Source: Planctomycetales bacterium
GTDB taxonomy: Bacteria > 4484-113 > JAFGCY01
Reading direction: 5' to 3'
Length of the DNA stretch: 32,000 nt
NCBI GenBank assembly: GCA_022646745.1
Contig: CP060262.1
Location: 2,520,001 to 2,552,000, forward strand
Within the stretch, counting starts at the first letter, position 1; every line of letters starts with the position of its first letter. The notes beneath the pieces were generated by a model. That model saw only the letters and a program-made list of their open reading frames with translations, did no database searches and was not told where the DNA came from. Of this stretch, positions 6,314 to 15,726 are shown one piece after another. A program made the translations under genes and the position numbers.

Positions 6314-9300
6314 ATGATCTCAGGCAGAGGGAAAAGCGCCTTGAGTGGTATTGCCAAGCTGTTAGAGGGATTGTCGCTGCGCAGCAGGATCGGCCTGATG
6401 CTGCTGCTGCTCGTGGCATGCTTCATCGGCATAGACTACAGCCTCCACACCACCCTGATCCTGCCGAAGTTCAATGAATATGAGAAGAAGCAGGCACTTG
6501 AGCGCATGCAGGGGGTGGCAGCCGAGCTGCAGACGCAGCTCGTGTTCCTGAACCGCCAGAACCGTGACTGGTCCAACTGGGACGCCACTTATGACTACAT
6601 CAAGAATGAGCGCCATGACTATGAGGATGACAACCTCTCGGATGACATCCTTACAACGCTGAATCTCGACCTGCTGGCGTTCCTGGATGACAGGGGGGTG
6701 CTGAAGACAGCGCTGAGCACCTGGCAGGGAGACGGACTGTGGCATGACTTCGGTGAGCTGGGTGAGGATCCGCTGATTGACTACGGCGCGCTGCTGAGTG
6801 AACCGAGTGGTGAGATCCCCGTGCTGGGCCTGAGGCAGACCCCGCTCGGGCTGATGATGGTCTGCGCAAACCAGGTCAGGTTCAATGACGGTTCCGGTCC
6901 GGCGGCCGGTGTGCTGGTGTTCGGCAGGATGGTGGATGAGCGGCTGGTGGATGCGCTGGAGAGCCGCCTTGGTTATGCGCTCGCAATGACTGCGCCCCTG
7001 GATGACGATGGCCTGGACGTTGAGCACTGGCCCGGCGGCCCGGTGGATGCCGGGTTCACCGGACTGCCACAGCAGAGCTACAGCATCAGTCCGGCAGGTG
7101 AAAACCTGATTGTCAGCATGGTGGCGACGGACCTGTCCGGAGCGCCGACGATTGAGATGTCCACCTCTATCCCGCGTGAGCTGCTGCAGCAGACGCGTAC
7201 GATCCTCGGCTATTCACGTACTAACCTGCTGCTGCTCGGCCTGCTGAGCATGCTGCTGATCTGGTTCGTGATCGAGCGCAGCGTGGTGGCCCGGGTGGAG
7301 AAGATCGAGCGTTTCTTCCGCAGCATCAAGGAAAGTGGCCGGATAGACAAGCGTCTTGTGATCGGCGGCAATGATGAGATCCAGCGGCTGGCGGCGGAGA
7401 TCAACCTGATGCTCGAGCAGCTTGAGGTACGGAGCTCGGAGCTGCAGGTAATGGTTGTACAGGCCGAATCCGCCACTGCGGCCAAGAGCGAATTCCTGGC
7501 GACGATGAGCCATGAGATCCGTACGCCGCTCAACGGTGTGATCGGCATGCTCAGCCTGCTGCGCCATACCGAGCTGAGCGGTGAGCAGACTGAGTTCGTG
7601 GAGACCGCCGAGGAGGCGGCCGGCTCGCTGCTGTCCGTTGTCAACGACATCCTGGACTTCTCCAAGATTGAGGCCGGCAAGGTGGAGCTGGAGGAGATCC
7701 ACTTCAACCTGCGCAAGCTGCTGGAGACCACGGTGCAGATGTTCGCGGTCAAGGCCGCCGAGCGTCAGGTGGAGATGCTGCTGCACATCGAGCAGAACGT
7801 GCCGCTGCAGCTCGTTGGTGATCCGGGCCGCTTCAAGCAGATCATCAACAACCTCGTGAACAACTCCGTGAAGTTCACTGAGGAGGGCAGCATCACGTTG
7901 AATGTGCATCCGGTCGCGGAGGACGAGGAAAGCGTGGTGCTCGAGGTGGAAATCAGCGACACCGGTATCGGCATCGAACCGGAAATGCAGAAGCACCTGT
8001 TCGAACCTTTCCGCCAGGCCGACAGTTCCACGACGCGCAAGTACGGCGGGACCGGGCTCGGGCTGGCGATCTGCCAGCAGCTGGCCCAGGCGATGGGTGG
8101 CAGGATCACGATGTCCAGCCAGCCCGGGCACGGCACGAGCTTCTTCGTACGCCTTCAGTTCCGGAAGGACCGGGAAAGCCCCTGGCATGTTGAACCATCG
8201 ATCGAGGAACTGAGCGGCCGCCACGTGCTGGTGGTTGACGACCAGGCGACCAACGTGCGCATCCTAAAGGGGATGCTGGGCAGCTGGGGCTGCATCGTGG
8301 AGGAGGCCCGTGATGGCGACGAGGCCTTCATGAAGCTGCTTGCCAGCGTGGAAGGCCAGCCATTCGACCTGCTGCTGACCGACTACAACATGCCGGGAAT
8401 GGATGGCGAGCAGCTCACGGTACAGCTGCGCTCCATTGAGGAGCTGCAGGACCTGCCGGTCGTGATGCTGACTTCCAGTGCGCGCCGCGGTGATGCCAAG
8501 CGCATGCAGCAGGCCGGTGTCAATGCCTACCTGCCGAAGCCCTTCCGCCAGGATCAACTTGCGGGGGTACTGCGCATCCTGCTCGGCCGCGGCCATGCGC
8601 ATGTTGAACATGAGGACCAGCTGGTGACGCGCCACACCGTGATGGAGAACATGACGGACATCCGCCTGCTGCTCGTGGAGGATAACGTCATCAACCAGAA
8701 GGTGGCGATCAACCTGTTGTCGCGCTGGGACCTGCCGGTTGAGGTTGCGGTGAACGGCGAGGAAGCCGTCGGGATGGTTGCCGGCAAGGATTACGACCTG
8801 GTGCTGATGGACATCCAGATGCCGAAGATGGACGGCATGGAGGCAACCCGGCAGATCCGCCAGCTCAACAGCGCACGTGGCCGGGTGCCAATAGTGGCGA
8901 TGACCGCCAACGCCCTGAAGGGTGACCGCGAGCGCTACATCGATGCCGGGATGGACGACTACATCCCGAAGCCGATCGACGTGAACATCCTGCGCAGGGT
9001 GCTGGAGAAGTTCCTGTCAATCAGGCTGACGGATGCCAATGAGAAGCGTGAGGAGCCGGCCAGCCTGCCGCACCAGATGATCCTCAAGCCTGCCGAGCAG
9101 GCCGCCGAGGCAGATAAGGTGGCTGGCACAGCGGTGCTGCCGGCGGATCCTCCTTCAGCCGGAGCCGGTGGTGCGGTGGATGAAACGGCTGCCAGTGAGA
9201 TCCTCGACATCGAAAGTTCGATCGAGCGCACAGGTGACCGTGATTTCTGGCAGCAGATGATCAGCCTGTTCCTGAGCGAGACCCAGCGCCGGCTGGAGGA

Positions 9301-9538
9301 GATCCGGGAGGCGGTGAACGAGGGCGACAGCGTGCGCCTGCAGCGCGAGGCGCATACGCTCAAGGGCAGCAGCGCGGAGATGATGGCTGAACGCATCCGC
9401 AGCACGGCCTACGAGCTGGAGATGCTCGGGCGCAGCGGTGAGCTGGGGGATGCACCGGGACTGGTAGAGCTGCTCGGTGGCAACCTGGTGGAACTGGAGC
9501 AGCTGCTGCAGGAGCAGGGCCTGCTGGTGGAGCAGTAG
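6314..9538 (+). CDS. Hybrid sensor histidine kinase: TM-CHASE4-TM-HAMP-HisKA-HATPase-REC-REC-Hpt
   Basis: CHASE4-like [17 protein letters not shown] lies between two TM segments. The H-box is [17 protein letters not shown] and G boxes are [16 protein letters not shown] and GGTGLGLAI. The two receiver domains carry [13 protein letters not shown] and [13 protein letters not shown]. The Hpt motif is [10 protein letters not shown]. Confidence 0.9.
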   Translation: MISGRGKSALSGIAKLLEGLSLRSRIGLMLLLLVACFIGIDYSLHTTLILPKFNEYEKKQALERMQGVAAELQTQLVFLNRQNRDWSNWDATYDYIKNERHDYEDDNLSDDILTTLNLDLLAFLDDRGVLKTALSTWQGDGLWHDFGELGEDPLIDYGALLSEPSGEIPVLGLRQTPLGLMMVCANQVRFNDGSGPAAGVLVFGRMVDERLVDALESRLGYALAMTAPLDDDGLDVEHWPGGPVDAGFTGLPQQSYSISPAGENLIVSMVATDLSGAPTIEMSTSIPRELLQQTRTILGYSRTNLLLLGLLSMLLIWFVIERSVVARVEKIERFFRSIKESGRIDKRLVIGGNDEIQRLAAEINLMLEQLEVRSSELQVMVVQAESATAAKSEFLATMSHEIRTPLNGVIGMLSLLRHTELSGEQTEFVETAEEAAGSLLSVVNDILDFSKIEAGKVELEEIHFNLRKLLETTVQMFAVKAAERQVEMLLHIEQNVPLQLVGDPGRFKQIINNLVNNSVKFTEEGSITLNVHPVAEDEESVVLEVEISDTGIGIEPEMQKHLFEPFRQADSSTTRKYGGTGLGLAICQQLAQAMGGRITMSSQPGHGTSFFVRLQFRKDRESPWHVEPSIEELSGRHVLVVDDQATNVRILKGMLGSWGCIVEEARDGDEAFMKLLASVEGQPFDLLLTDYNMPGMDGEQLTVQLRSIEELQDLPVVMLTSSARRGDAKRMQQAGVNAYLPKPFRQDQLAGVLRILLGRGHAHVEHEDQLVTRHTVMENMTDIRLLLVEDNVINQKVAINLLSRWDLPVEVAVNGEEAVGMVAGKDYDLVLMDIQMPKMDGMEATRQIRQLNSARGRVPIVAMTANALKGDRERYIDAGMDDYIPKPIDVNILRRVLEKFLSIRLTDANEKREEPASLPHQMILKPAEQAAEADKVAGTAVLPADPPSAGAGGAVDETAASEILDIESSIERTGDRDFWQQMISLFLSETQRRLEEIREAVNEGDSVRLQREAHTLKGSSAEMMAERIRSTAYELEMLGRSGELGDAPGLVELLGGNLVELEQLLQEQGLLVEQ

Positions 9539-9541
9539 GGG

Positions 9542-10348
9542 CTATTCGCGCTCGCGCGGCAGGTTGAAGCTTTCGTCGAGCCCGTCCTCGAGTTCAAGCA
9601 CGCTTTCCATCTCCTGGGCGATCAATTCAGTCTCCTGCAGGTTGAAGAGCAGGTTGTCAATCTGCATGCTGGAGCCCTTCGGGTCGGACTGGGTAGTGAT
9701 CTGGTCCACGGCGAGGTGCATCGTGTCCTCGATCGTCTCCATCTGCGCCTTGAGGTACTCGAGGTTGCTCTTCGCCTTCTCGAGCTTGTCCAGCCGCTTC
9801 TGCAGGACCTCGATGTTCTTCTTCTTGATGCCGACGACGCGCTCGCTGGCCTCGCCGAGCTCCGACTGCAGGCGCTCGATGTTCTCGGTGATCTTCTGCG
9901 GGTCGGCGCTGTCGAGGTAGCGGTTGTAGCGCGTGACGGCGACGGCCATGCGCAGGTAGTTGGCAAGCAGGGTCGCCACCTTGCGGCGGTTCTCCTGGAA
10001 GAAGGGGTCGTCCTGCAGGTTGCGCGGCAGCTCGTCAGCGCTGATGCGCACGGCCTGCTGCTCCAGCGCACGGTAGTTGTCACGCTGCTCCAGTTCGATC
10101 TGTGCCCACAGCTTGTCGCGCAAGGCCTCGTAGTTGAGTGCCTTCTCGTCCTCGATCAGGCTGTCAACGTGGCGCATGAAGCGCGGGTTGCTGGCCATCA
10201 TCCAGAGGTAGAGCAGCTCAAGCCCGCCGCCGATCATCAGCCAGCCGGGGTCAAGCAGCACGCCGAGCCCGCCGAACAGCGCCATCGCGATGTAGTTGTA
10301 CTGGTTGCCAAAGGCATGCTTCAGGTAGGTGCCGAAGGGGTTGCGCAT
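9542..10348 (-). CDS. Uncharacterised membrane protein: two N-terminal TM helices plus a long C-terminal coiled coil; last gene of the ABC operon
   Basis: The ATG at 10346-10348 lies 4 nt after the ATPase stop. The hydrophobic stretches are YNYIAMALFGGLGVLL and WLMIGGGLELLYLWMM. They are followed by about 200 aa of heptad-like charged sequence (IERLQSELGEA..., LDKLEKAKSNLEYLKAQMETIEDTM). No family recognised. Confidence 0.6.
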   Translation of the reverse strand: MRNPFGTYLKHAFGNQYNYIAMALFGGLGVLLDPGWLMIGGGLELLYLWMMASNPRFMRHVDSLIEDEKALNYEALRDKLWAQIELEQRDNYRALEQQAVRISADELPRNLQDDPFFQENRRKVATLLANYLRMAVAVTRYNRYLDSADPQKITENIERLQSELGEASERVVGIKKKNIEVLQKRLDKLEKAKSNLEYLKAQMETIEDTMHLAVDQITTQSDPKGSSMQIDNLLFNLQETELIAQEMESVLELEDGLDESFNLPRERE

Positions 10349-10352
10349 CAGC

Positions 10353-11231
10353 TCATTCCTCCAGCAGCAGGTGGTCTGCAAGAACATGTGAATGCCCGCT
10401 GTCGCCATAGATCATCGCGATGATCCGGTTCGACAGTTCCTGGTACTCGCCGCGTGACATCGCATTGCGGGTGTATTCCGTGGCCCGTGGGGCTTCCAGC
10501 TCGCCGACCATCCGCCCCGGCCGCGCACTGAGCACGTGGATCCGGTCAGCAAGGAAGATCGCCTCGTCAATGTCATGCGTGACGAACACGAAGGTCTGGT
10601 TCAGGTCGTTGTCAGCCAGCAGGCCCGCCACCAGGTCCTGCATGTCGCGCCGCGTGCGCGGGTCCAGCGCGCCGAAGGGCTCGTCCATCAGGATGATGCG
10701 CGGCCGGCAGGCCAGCGAGCGGGCGATGGCGACACGCTGCCGCATCCCGCCGCTCAGGTTGGCCGGCAGCATCTTCTCCGTGCCCTCCAGCCCGACGCGG
10801 CGGATAAGCTCGGCGGCCCGGTCATCGGCCTCGCTGCGCGGCACATGCGCGAGGTCCATCCCGAAGCGCACGTTGTCAAGCACGTTCAGCCAGGGGAAGG
10901 AACTGTAGCTCTGGAACACCATCCCACGGTCGGCACTCGGCCCGGTGACGGGCTGGCCGTTGACCAGCACCTCGCCGCTGCTGGCCGGGATCAGGCCGGC
11001 AATGATGCGCAGGATGGTGGACTTGCCGCAGCCGCTCGGGCCGAGGAACACACGGCACTGGCCGCTGCCGGGCAGGTCGCGGATCGTGAAGTTGATGTCC
11101 TCCACGGCAGTCACACTGTCAGCCGCACCGGGGCTTCCGTAGATCTTTGTCACTCCGCGCAGCTCGATGATCGGAGTCTCAGACACGGCGGGGCTTGTCT
11201 CATGGCCCTGCTGGCCCATGTCGTCCATCAT
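10353..11231 (-). CDS. ABC transporter ATP-binding protein (NitT/TauT family)
   Basis: Walker A is GPSGCGKST, the signature is LSGGMRQRVAIARSL and Walker B is ILMDEPFGALD. The start ATGATG at 11226-11231 overlaps the permease stop. The track start at 11501 lies inside the permease gene. Confidence 0.9.
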   Translation of the reverse strand: MMDDMGQQGHETSPAVSETPIIELRGVTKIYGSPGAADSVTAVEDINFTIRDLPGSGQCRVFLGPSGCGKSTILRIIAGLIPASSGEVLVNGQPVTGPSADRGMVFQSYSSFPWLNVLDNVRFGMDLAHVPRSEADDRAAELIRRVGLEGTEKMLPANLSGGMRQRVAIARSLACRPRIILMDEPFGALDPRTRRDMQDLVAGLLADNDLNQTFVFVTHDIDEAIFLADRIHVLSARPGRMVGELEAPRATEYTRNAMSRGEYQELSNRIIAMIYGDSGHSHVLADHLLLEE

Positions 11232-12136
11232 GCCTCCCTCCCGCCGAAGAGTTGCTGTGCCCCGAGGAGGAACAGCTTGTTCGTGCCGATGCCAAGCAGC
11301 AGGATCACGAACACCAGTGCGTAGATCCAGTCGATGTGCCCGCGCTTGGCGGACAGGGTGATCAGGTAGCCAAGCCCGTAGCGGGCGTTGATCAGCTCGG
11401 CGAGGATCACATAGGTCCAGCCGATGCCGTAGATCACGCGGCAGGCCTCCCAGATACCGGGTGCGGAAGCCGGGATCAGCACACGGCTGATTGCCTGCCA
11501 CTGGCTGGCACCGAGGGTGTATGCGGTCTCGAGGTAGACCTCGTCAACCTTCTCCACCTGCTCAACCACGATCGGCAGCAGGTAGACAACCGTGCCGAGG
11601 AACAGGAAGGCTATCTTCATCGTTTCATCGATGCCGAACCACAGCACGAACAGCGGGGTGATGGCCGTGATCGGCAGGAAGCGCAGCGGGCCGCTTAGTG
11701 GCTCGATCCAGGTCTTGAGTGGCGGGTAGGTGCCCATGATGATGCCGAGCGGGATGGCTACGAGTGCCGCGGCCAGGAAGCCGAGCGTGATGCGCTTGAG
11801 GCTGAAGAAGGCGCTGCGCACGAGCGCCTGCTCGGTGTGCAGGTAGCCAAGCGCCTTGACGACGGCGACCGGACTGGGCAGGATGTAGGCCGGCACGATC
11901 GGACGCTTTGAAGGCGCGACTTCCTCAGCCTGTTCCTCTCCGTTGCCATTGCCGTTGGCGGCCACGTCACCCTGGTCCAGCGTCGCCTCATAACGGTGCG
12001 GCAGGTCCTGGCCGTCACCGGCCTTGGGCGGCAGCATCGGTGTGGACAGGATGAACCACAGCACGAGGCTGGTGGCGATGCTGGCCATCATCAGCAGGCG
12101 CTGTCTGCCGGGTTCAAGCTGCTGGCGGATCCTCAA
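11228..12136 (-). CDS. ABC transporter permease (binding-protein-dependent transport, NitT/TauT family)
   Basis: A multi-TM protein with an EAA-like loop region (LETAYTLGASQWQAISRVLIPASAPGI). The TTG start at 12134-12136 is preceded by AGGAG 9 nt upstream. An alternative ATG lies at 12091. Confidence 0.85.
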   Translation of the reverse strand: MRIRQQLEPGRQRLLMMASIATSLVLWFILSTPMLPPKAGDGQDLPHRYEATLDQGDVAANGNGNGEEQAEEVAPSKRPIVPAYILPSPVAVVKALGYLHTEQALVRSAFFSLKRITLGFLAAALVAIPLGIIMGTYPPLKTWIEPLSGPLRFLPITAITPLFVLWFGIDETMKIAFLFLGTVVYLLPIVVEQVEKVDEVYLETAYTLGASQWQAISRVLIPASAPGIWEACRVIYGIGWTYVILAELINARYGLGYLITLSAKRGHIDWIYALVFVILLLGIGTNKLFLLGAQQLFGGREA

Positions 12137-12148
12137 CAGGGCAGTCTC

Positions 12149-13762
12149 CTACTGGCCAAAGACCTCGAAGTCGGTGCGGCGGTTCTGCGCGCGGCCGGCT
12201 TCGCTGCCGTTGTCAGCGACTGGCTTGTCCGGCCCGTTGCCGACGACCTCGAACTTGTCACGCGGGAAGCCGTACTTCGTCACGAGGAAGTCAACCACGG
12301 CCTGGGCACGCTTGCGGCTCAGCTCGACATTGCTTTCGCGGCTGCCGACATTGTCGGTGTTGCCGATCACGCGCACCTTGGCACTGCCGAAGGTCTGGGC
12401 CAGTTCTGCGCCCTCCTCGAGGATCTTCTGCGCATTCGGGTCCAGCGTGGAACTGCCGGTGTCGAAGTACACGCTGATGCGCTTGGTGACGATGGGCGCG
12501 GCGTTCTTCTCCGGCTCCTTGAATTCCTTGAACTCCTCCTCCGGCGCGGCCGCCACGGTGGTCGTGTTGGTCGTTGCCAGGTTCAGGAAGGAGGTGTTGA
12601 CGGTCAGGCCGGGGCGGGTCTTCTCCTCCAGCAGGCCGACCTTGCCCCAGATGTTCTGCGCGGCATCGTAGAGCTGCTCATAGCCGATCAGGGTTGAGTT
12701 GTCAAGCTCGAAGAAGGCGCGGTTCTCGGCGGCGTTCGGCAGCTTCACGTCTCCGAGCATGCCGATCGAGTCGTCAATCGAGCTCAGGCCGTCGAAGCCA
12801 TCGTACATCAGCTGGGCGGCCAGGTCAGGGTTGCTGTTGGCAATCTCGACACCCTCAAGCCAGCCCTCGCAGAATGCGCTGACCGCGTCGGGATACTGCT
12901 CGATGAAGTCACCGCGGGCCACGAAGATGTCGGCGATCAGGCTGGTGGCCTCACGGGTGCTGGCGAGGATCTGGGCCCCGGGGCGCTCGTCGGCGACCAT
13001 GTAGACGTTCGGGCTCCAGGACACGCAGGCGTCCACCTTCTCGGCCTTGAACAGGTCGGCGGCCTCGATCGCGTCATTGGTGAACACCGGCGTCACGTCG
13101 CTGGCGTTCAGGCCGGCCTGGGCCAGCATGTAGAGCAGGAAGAAGTGGCTCGGCGTACCCTCCGCCACGGAGATCTTCTTGCCCTTCAGGTCGGAGGCTG
13201 TGCGGATGTCACGGCTGACGGCGATCGCGTCGCCACCGCGGGACCAGTCGTACTGCAGGATGCAGCGCGGGTTGAGGTCCTTCAGGCCGGGGTACTCCAG
13301 CGCGAAGCTGTCGACCGTGGCCCACATGATGTCCACTCCGCCCTTGTCACCACCGGCGCGGAAGGCGTCGCGGCTGGCAACGAAGTCGTCAATCTGGATC
13401 AGTTCGACCTCGATGCCGTGATCCTTCCAGAACTTGCTGTCCTTGTTGGGCAGCATGCCGTTGTTGGCGCAGAAGCCGCCGGCGTAGCCGCCCCACAGCA
13501 CGATCGCCACGCGGATAGGCCGGTCCAGCTTGCCGCCGCCCTTCGGGGGCAGCTCTGCCTTGCGGCTGTCTTCCTGCTTGACGTTCACATCCTGGTTGCC
13601 AAAGTTGAAGTCGTCCTTGTCAACGCTGCCGCCGCCGGCCCTGCGCTCAGGCGCGACCGTGTTGATCACCCCGTTCAGCAGCCCGGCCTTGTACGCGCCG
13701 ACACCGATCAGGATCAGGATCACGATCGTCAGGAATACCTTTGCACCTGGTTTGAGTCTCAT
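12149..13762 (-). CDS. Membrane-anchored ABC substrate-binding protein (NMT1/TauA-like) fused to a C-terminal OmpA-like peptidoglycan-binding domain
   Basis: The N-terminal TM anchor is VFLTIVILILIGVGAYKAGLL. The central part is NMT1/SsuA-like (RVAIVLWGGYAGG..., KKISVAEGTPSHFFL). The last 110 aa or so match the OmpA_C pattern (ISVYFDTGSSTLD...VIGNTDNVGSRESNVELSRKRAQAVVDFL...NRRTDFEV). A GGGAG SD lies upstream of the ATG at 13762. Confidence 0.85.
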   Translation of the reverse strand: MRLKPGAKVFLTIVILILIGVGAYKAGLLNGVINTVAPERRAGGGSVDKDDFNFGNQDVNVKQEDSRKAELPPKGGGKLDRPIRVAIVLWGGYAGGFCANNGMLPNKDSKFWKDHGIEVELIQIDDFVASRDAFRAGGDKGGVDIMWATVDSFALEYPGLKDLNPRCILQYDWSRGGDAIAVSRDIRTASDLKGKKISVAEGTPSHFFLLYMLAQAGLNASDVTPVFTNDAIEAADLFKAEKVDACVSWSPNVYMVADERPGAQILASTREATSLIADIFVARGDFIEQYPDAVSAFCEGWLEGVEIANSNPDLAAQLMYDGFDGLSSIDDSIGMLGDVKLPNAAENRAFFELDNSTLIGYEQLYDAAQNIWGKVGLLEEKTRPGLTVNTSFLNLATTNTTTVAAAPEEEFKEFKEPEKNAAPIVTKRISVYFDTGSSTLDPNAQKILEEGAELAQTFGSAKVRVIGNTDNVGSRESNVELSRKRAQAVVDFLVTKYGFPRDKFEVVGNGPDKPVADNGSEAGRAQNRRTDFEVFGQ

Positions 13763-13791
13763 CTGTTGCTTCTCCCGTGTTTACTGTTCCC

Positions 13792-14634
13792 TCAGGTCAG
13801 CTCTACCGGGTTCTCCCCCGGCGAGACAAAGGGTGTGACGATGTCATACAGGCGCTTTTCCTCGGCCTGCTTCAGCTTGCGGAATTCATCGCGGATCCGG
13901 CCGGCCTCGGCGAGGCTCGTGCGGTTGCGCTCCATCAGCTCCTGCTTCTGCTTCATGAACTCATCGATCTCCTGCTGCAGGCGCTGGTTGTCGGCCTCGA
14001 CCTGGCCCTTGATCTGCTCATGCTTCTTGTCGAGGTAGAAGTAGTAGTCCTCCAGCGCCTGGTCGCGGCGGCCGGCATCCTCGAGGATGCTCTCCAGCCC
14101 GACACCGGTGGCCTTGAGCGCCATCTTCACGCTGCGGGCGCGGATGTCCATCGGCAGGCCTTCCATCTCCGGGTCATCCAGCATCTCGGAGATGCGGTCC
14201 ACATGGCCCGGTCCGTCATTGCTGATCTGCGCCCGGGCATAGACCTCGGGCACACTCAGCAATTTCGGCACGTTGATGGCGTCACTGCCTCCGCTGATCG
14301 GGGCACTGGATTTGGGCTCAGCGGAAGGGGCGGCGGGTTCGCCTGCGGGAGGCGGGTTGCCGATGTTGATCTTCAGGCCAGCTGCAGGCTCAGCCGGCTT
14401 ACCGGCCTGTTTGTGGCTGGCCAGCAGTCCGGGATCGAGCACGTCCTCCGCTTCGTCGAAGTCGGTATGGCCCTCATTTTCGAGGTCACTGCGGATCTTC
14501 TCGATGGCGGCCAGCACATCCTCGCCGGAGCTGGGAGGCTTGCCTGCGCTCGGCTTGGCACTGGAATCAGCTGGCTTGCCGTCGTCGTCGAACTCGACGA
14601 ACATTTCCGCGAACTTGCGCAGTAGATTGGTCAT
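13792..14634 (-). CDS. Uncharacterised protein: short N-terminal amphipathic segment, Pro/Ala/Gly-rich linker, C-terminal coiled coil; first gene of the ABC operon
   Basis: The ATG at 14632-14634 has a GGGAG SD 5 nt upstream and a TATAAT further upstream. The sequence runs MTNLLRKFAEMFVEF..., then a low-complexity PA-rich stretch, then ...QALEDYYFYLDKKHEQIKGQVEADNQRLQQEIDEFMKQKQELMERN. No family recognised. Confidence 0.6.
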   Translation of the reverse strand: MTNLLRKFAEMFVEFDDDGKPADSSAKPSAGKPPSSGEDVLAAIEKIRSDLENEGHTDFDEAEDVLDPGLLASHKQAGKPAEPAAGLKINIGNPPPAGEPAAPSAEPKSSAPISGGSDAINVPKLLSVPEVYARAQISNDGPGHVDRISEMLDDPEMEGLPMDIRARSVKMALKATGVGLESILEDAGRRDQALEDYYFYLDKKHEQIKGQVEADNQRLQQEIDEFMKQKQELMERNRTSLAEAGRIRDEFRKLKQAEEKRLYDIVTPFVSPGENPVELT

Positions 14635-14656
14635 GTCACTCCCAATGGGTCAGGCC

Positions 14657-14662
14657 ATTATA
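14657..14662 (-). promoter_or_regulatory. -10 hexamer TATAAT for the minus-strand five-gene ABC operon (leadered, SD present)
   Basis: attata on + at 14657-14662. It lies about 22 nt upstream of the ATG, with GGGAG between them. Confidence 0.45.
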
Positions 14663-14725
14663 CTTTAGACAGAAAAAATCACGGCAGTGCTGCATTGCAC
14701 AACGAACTGTTGTTGTTGAATTAAA

Positions 14726-14755
14726 CAATGGAATTGAAGTGATAGAATTCCATTG
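14726..14755. promoter_or_regulatory. Perfect 10-bp inverted repeat CAATGGAATT-N10-AATTCCATTG overlapping a TGaTAGAAT extended -10; candidate operator
   Basis: The arms are at 14726-14735 and 14746-14755. TAGAAT at 14743-14748 is preceded by TG. The site lies in the AT-rich divergent region between the two ABC operons, 32 nt upstream of the ATG at 14788. Confidence 0.45.
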
Positions 14756-14787
14756 ATGCCGCAGCAGCGGCCGACAGGACCCATACC

Positions 14788-15726
14788 ATGAAAGCAATCA
14801 AGACGACAATCATCGCGCTGGCATGCGCGCTGCTGATGGGCAGCCACCGTGCCGCTGCCGCTGAGGAAATGCAGTTCGGCGTGCTGCCGGTGCTGCAGGC
14901 CCTGCCGATCTTCGTGGCCGCCGAGCAGGGATTCTTCGAGCAGGCCGGTCTGGAGCTCGAGGTGGTGCCCTTCCAGAGTGCCGCTGAAAAGGACATCGCG
15001 CTCAAGGCCGGGGCGATCGACGGCTATTTCGGTGACCTCTTCACCCCGCTGGTGGTGGAGGGCAACGGGCTGGACATTGCGATCGTGGCCACGAATTACC
15101 GCACGGGTGCTGACACGCGCATGTTCGCCGTGCTGGCCAGCAAGCAAAGCGGCATCACGGATGTGGCGGGCCTGAAGGGACATGATGTCGGGATCAGCAC
15201 CGCTTCCGTGATCGATTACGTGACGCAGCAGCTGCTCGGCAAGGGCGGCGATCCGGCGGACGTTGAACTGCTGGACATGAAGAACATCGGCCTGCGCATG
15301 CAGATGCTGATGAGTGGCGAGCTGGATGCAGCAACACTGCCGGAACCGCTGGTGACGGCGGCCGAGAAAGGCGGGGCGGTGGTGCTGGCGGATGACACCG
15401 GCATGCTGGTGAGCCAGACCGTGCTGGTCTTCCGCCAGGATTACCTGGATGGCAACGCCGGGGCAGTGAAGGGCTTCCTCGCCGCCGTGGACGAGGCCAA
15501 CAAGTGGATCAGCGAGCACCCGGCGGAGGCCCGAGAAATGATGATCAAGCACACCCGCCTGCCGGAGCCGCTGCAGCAGGTATTCCCGGTGCCGGTGTTC
15601 CCGACGAAGATGGATGTGCCCTCCAGCACGACGATTGCTGAAGTATTGGCCTGGCTTAAGGCCGAGGGCATCGTGAAAAAGGACCTCACATATACTGGGC
15701 TCGTCAATGGAGACTACCTCCCCTGA
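14788..15726 (+). CDS. Periplasmic ABC substrate-binding protein (NMT1/TauA-like, NitT/TauT family)
   Basis: The signal peptide is MKAIKTTIIALACALLMGSHRAAAA. The SBP-like body includes FGVLPVLQALPIFVAAEQGFFEQAGLELEVVPFQSAAEKDIALKAGAIDG. Confidence 0.85.
   Translation: MKAIKTTIIALACALLMGSHRAAAAEEMQFGVLPVLQALPIFVAAEQGFFEQAGLELEVVPFQSAAEKDIALKAGAIDGYFGDLFTPLVVEGNGLDIAIVATNYRTGADTRMFAVLASKQSGITDVAGLKGHDVGISTASVIDYVTQQLLGKGGDPADVELLDMKNIGLRMQMLMSGELDAATLPEPLVTAAEKGGAVVLADDTGMLVSQTVLVFRQDYLDGNAGAVKGFLAAVDEANKWISEHPAEAREMMIKHTRLPEPLQQVFPVPVFPTKMDVPSSTTIAEVLAWLKAEGIVKKDLTYTGLVNGDYLP

Noticed and set aside
6219-6419. N-terminal extension of the SRAP gene (track start 6419), and likewise track starts 11501 (ATPase), 10408, 17181, 20088, 25564 and 4127
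   Set aside because: Family-typical N-termini (MCGRF for SRAP), signal peptides or stop/start overlaps with the upstream gene all point to the internal starts listed in the features. The extensions run into neighbouring genes or promoter regions.
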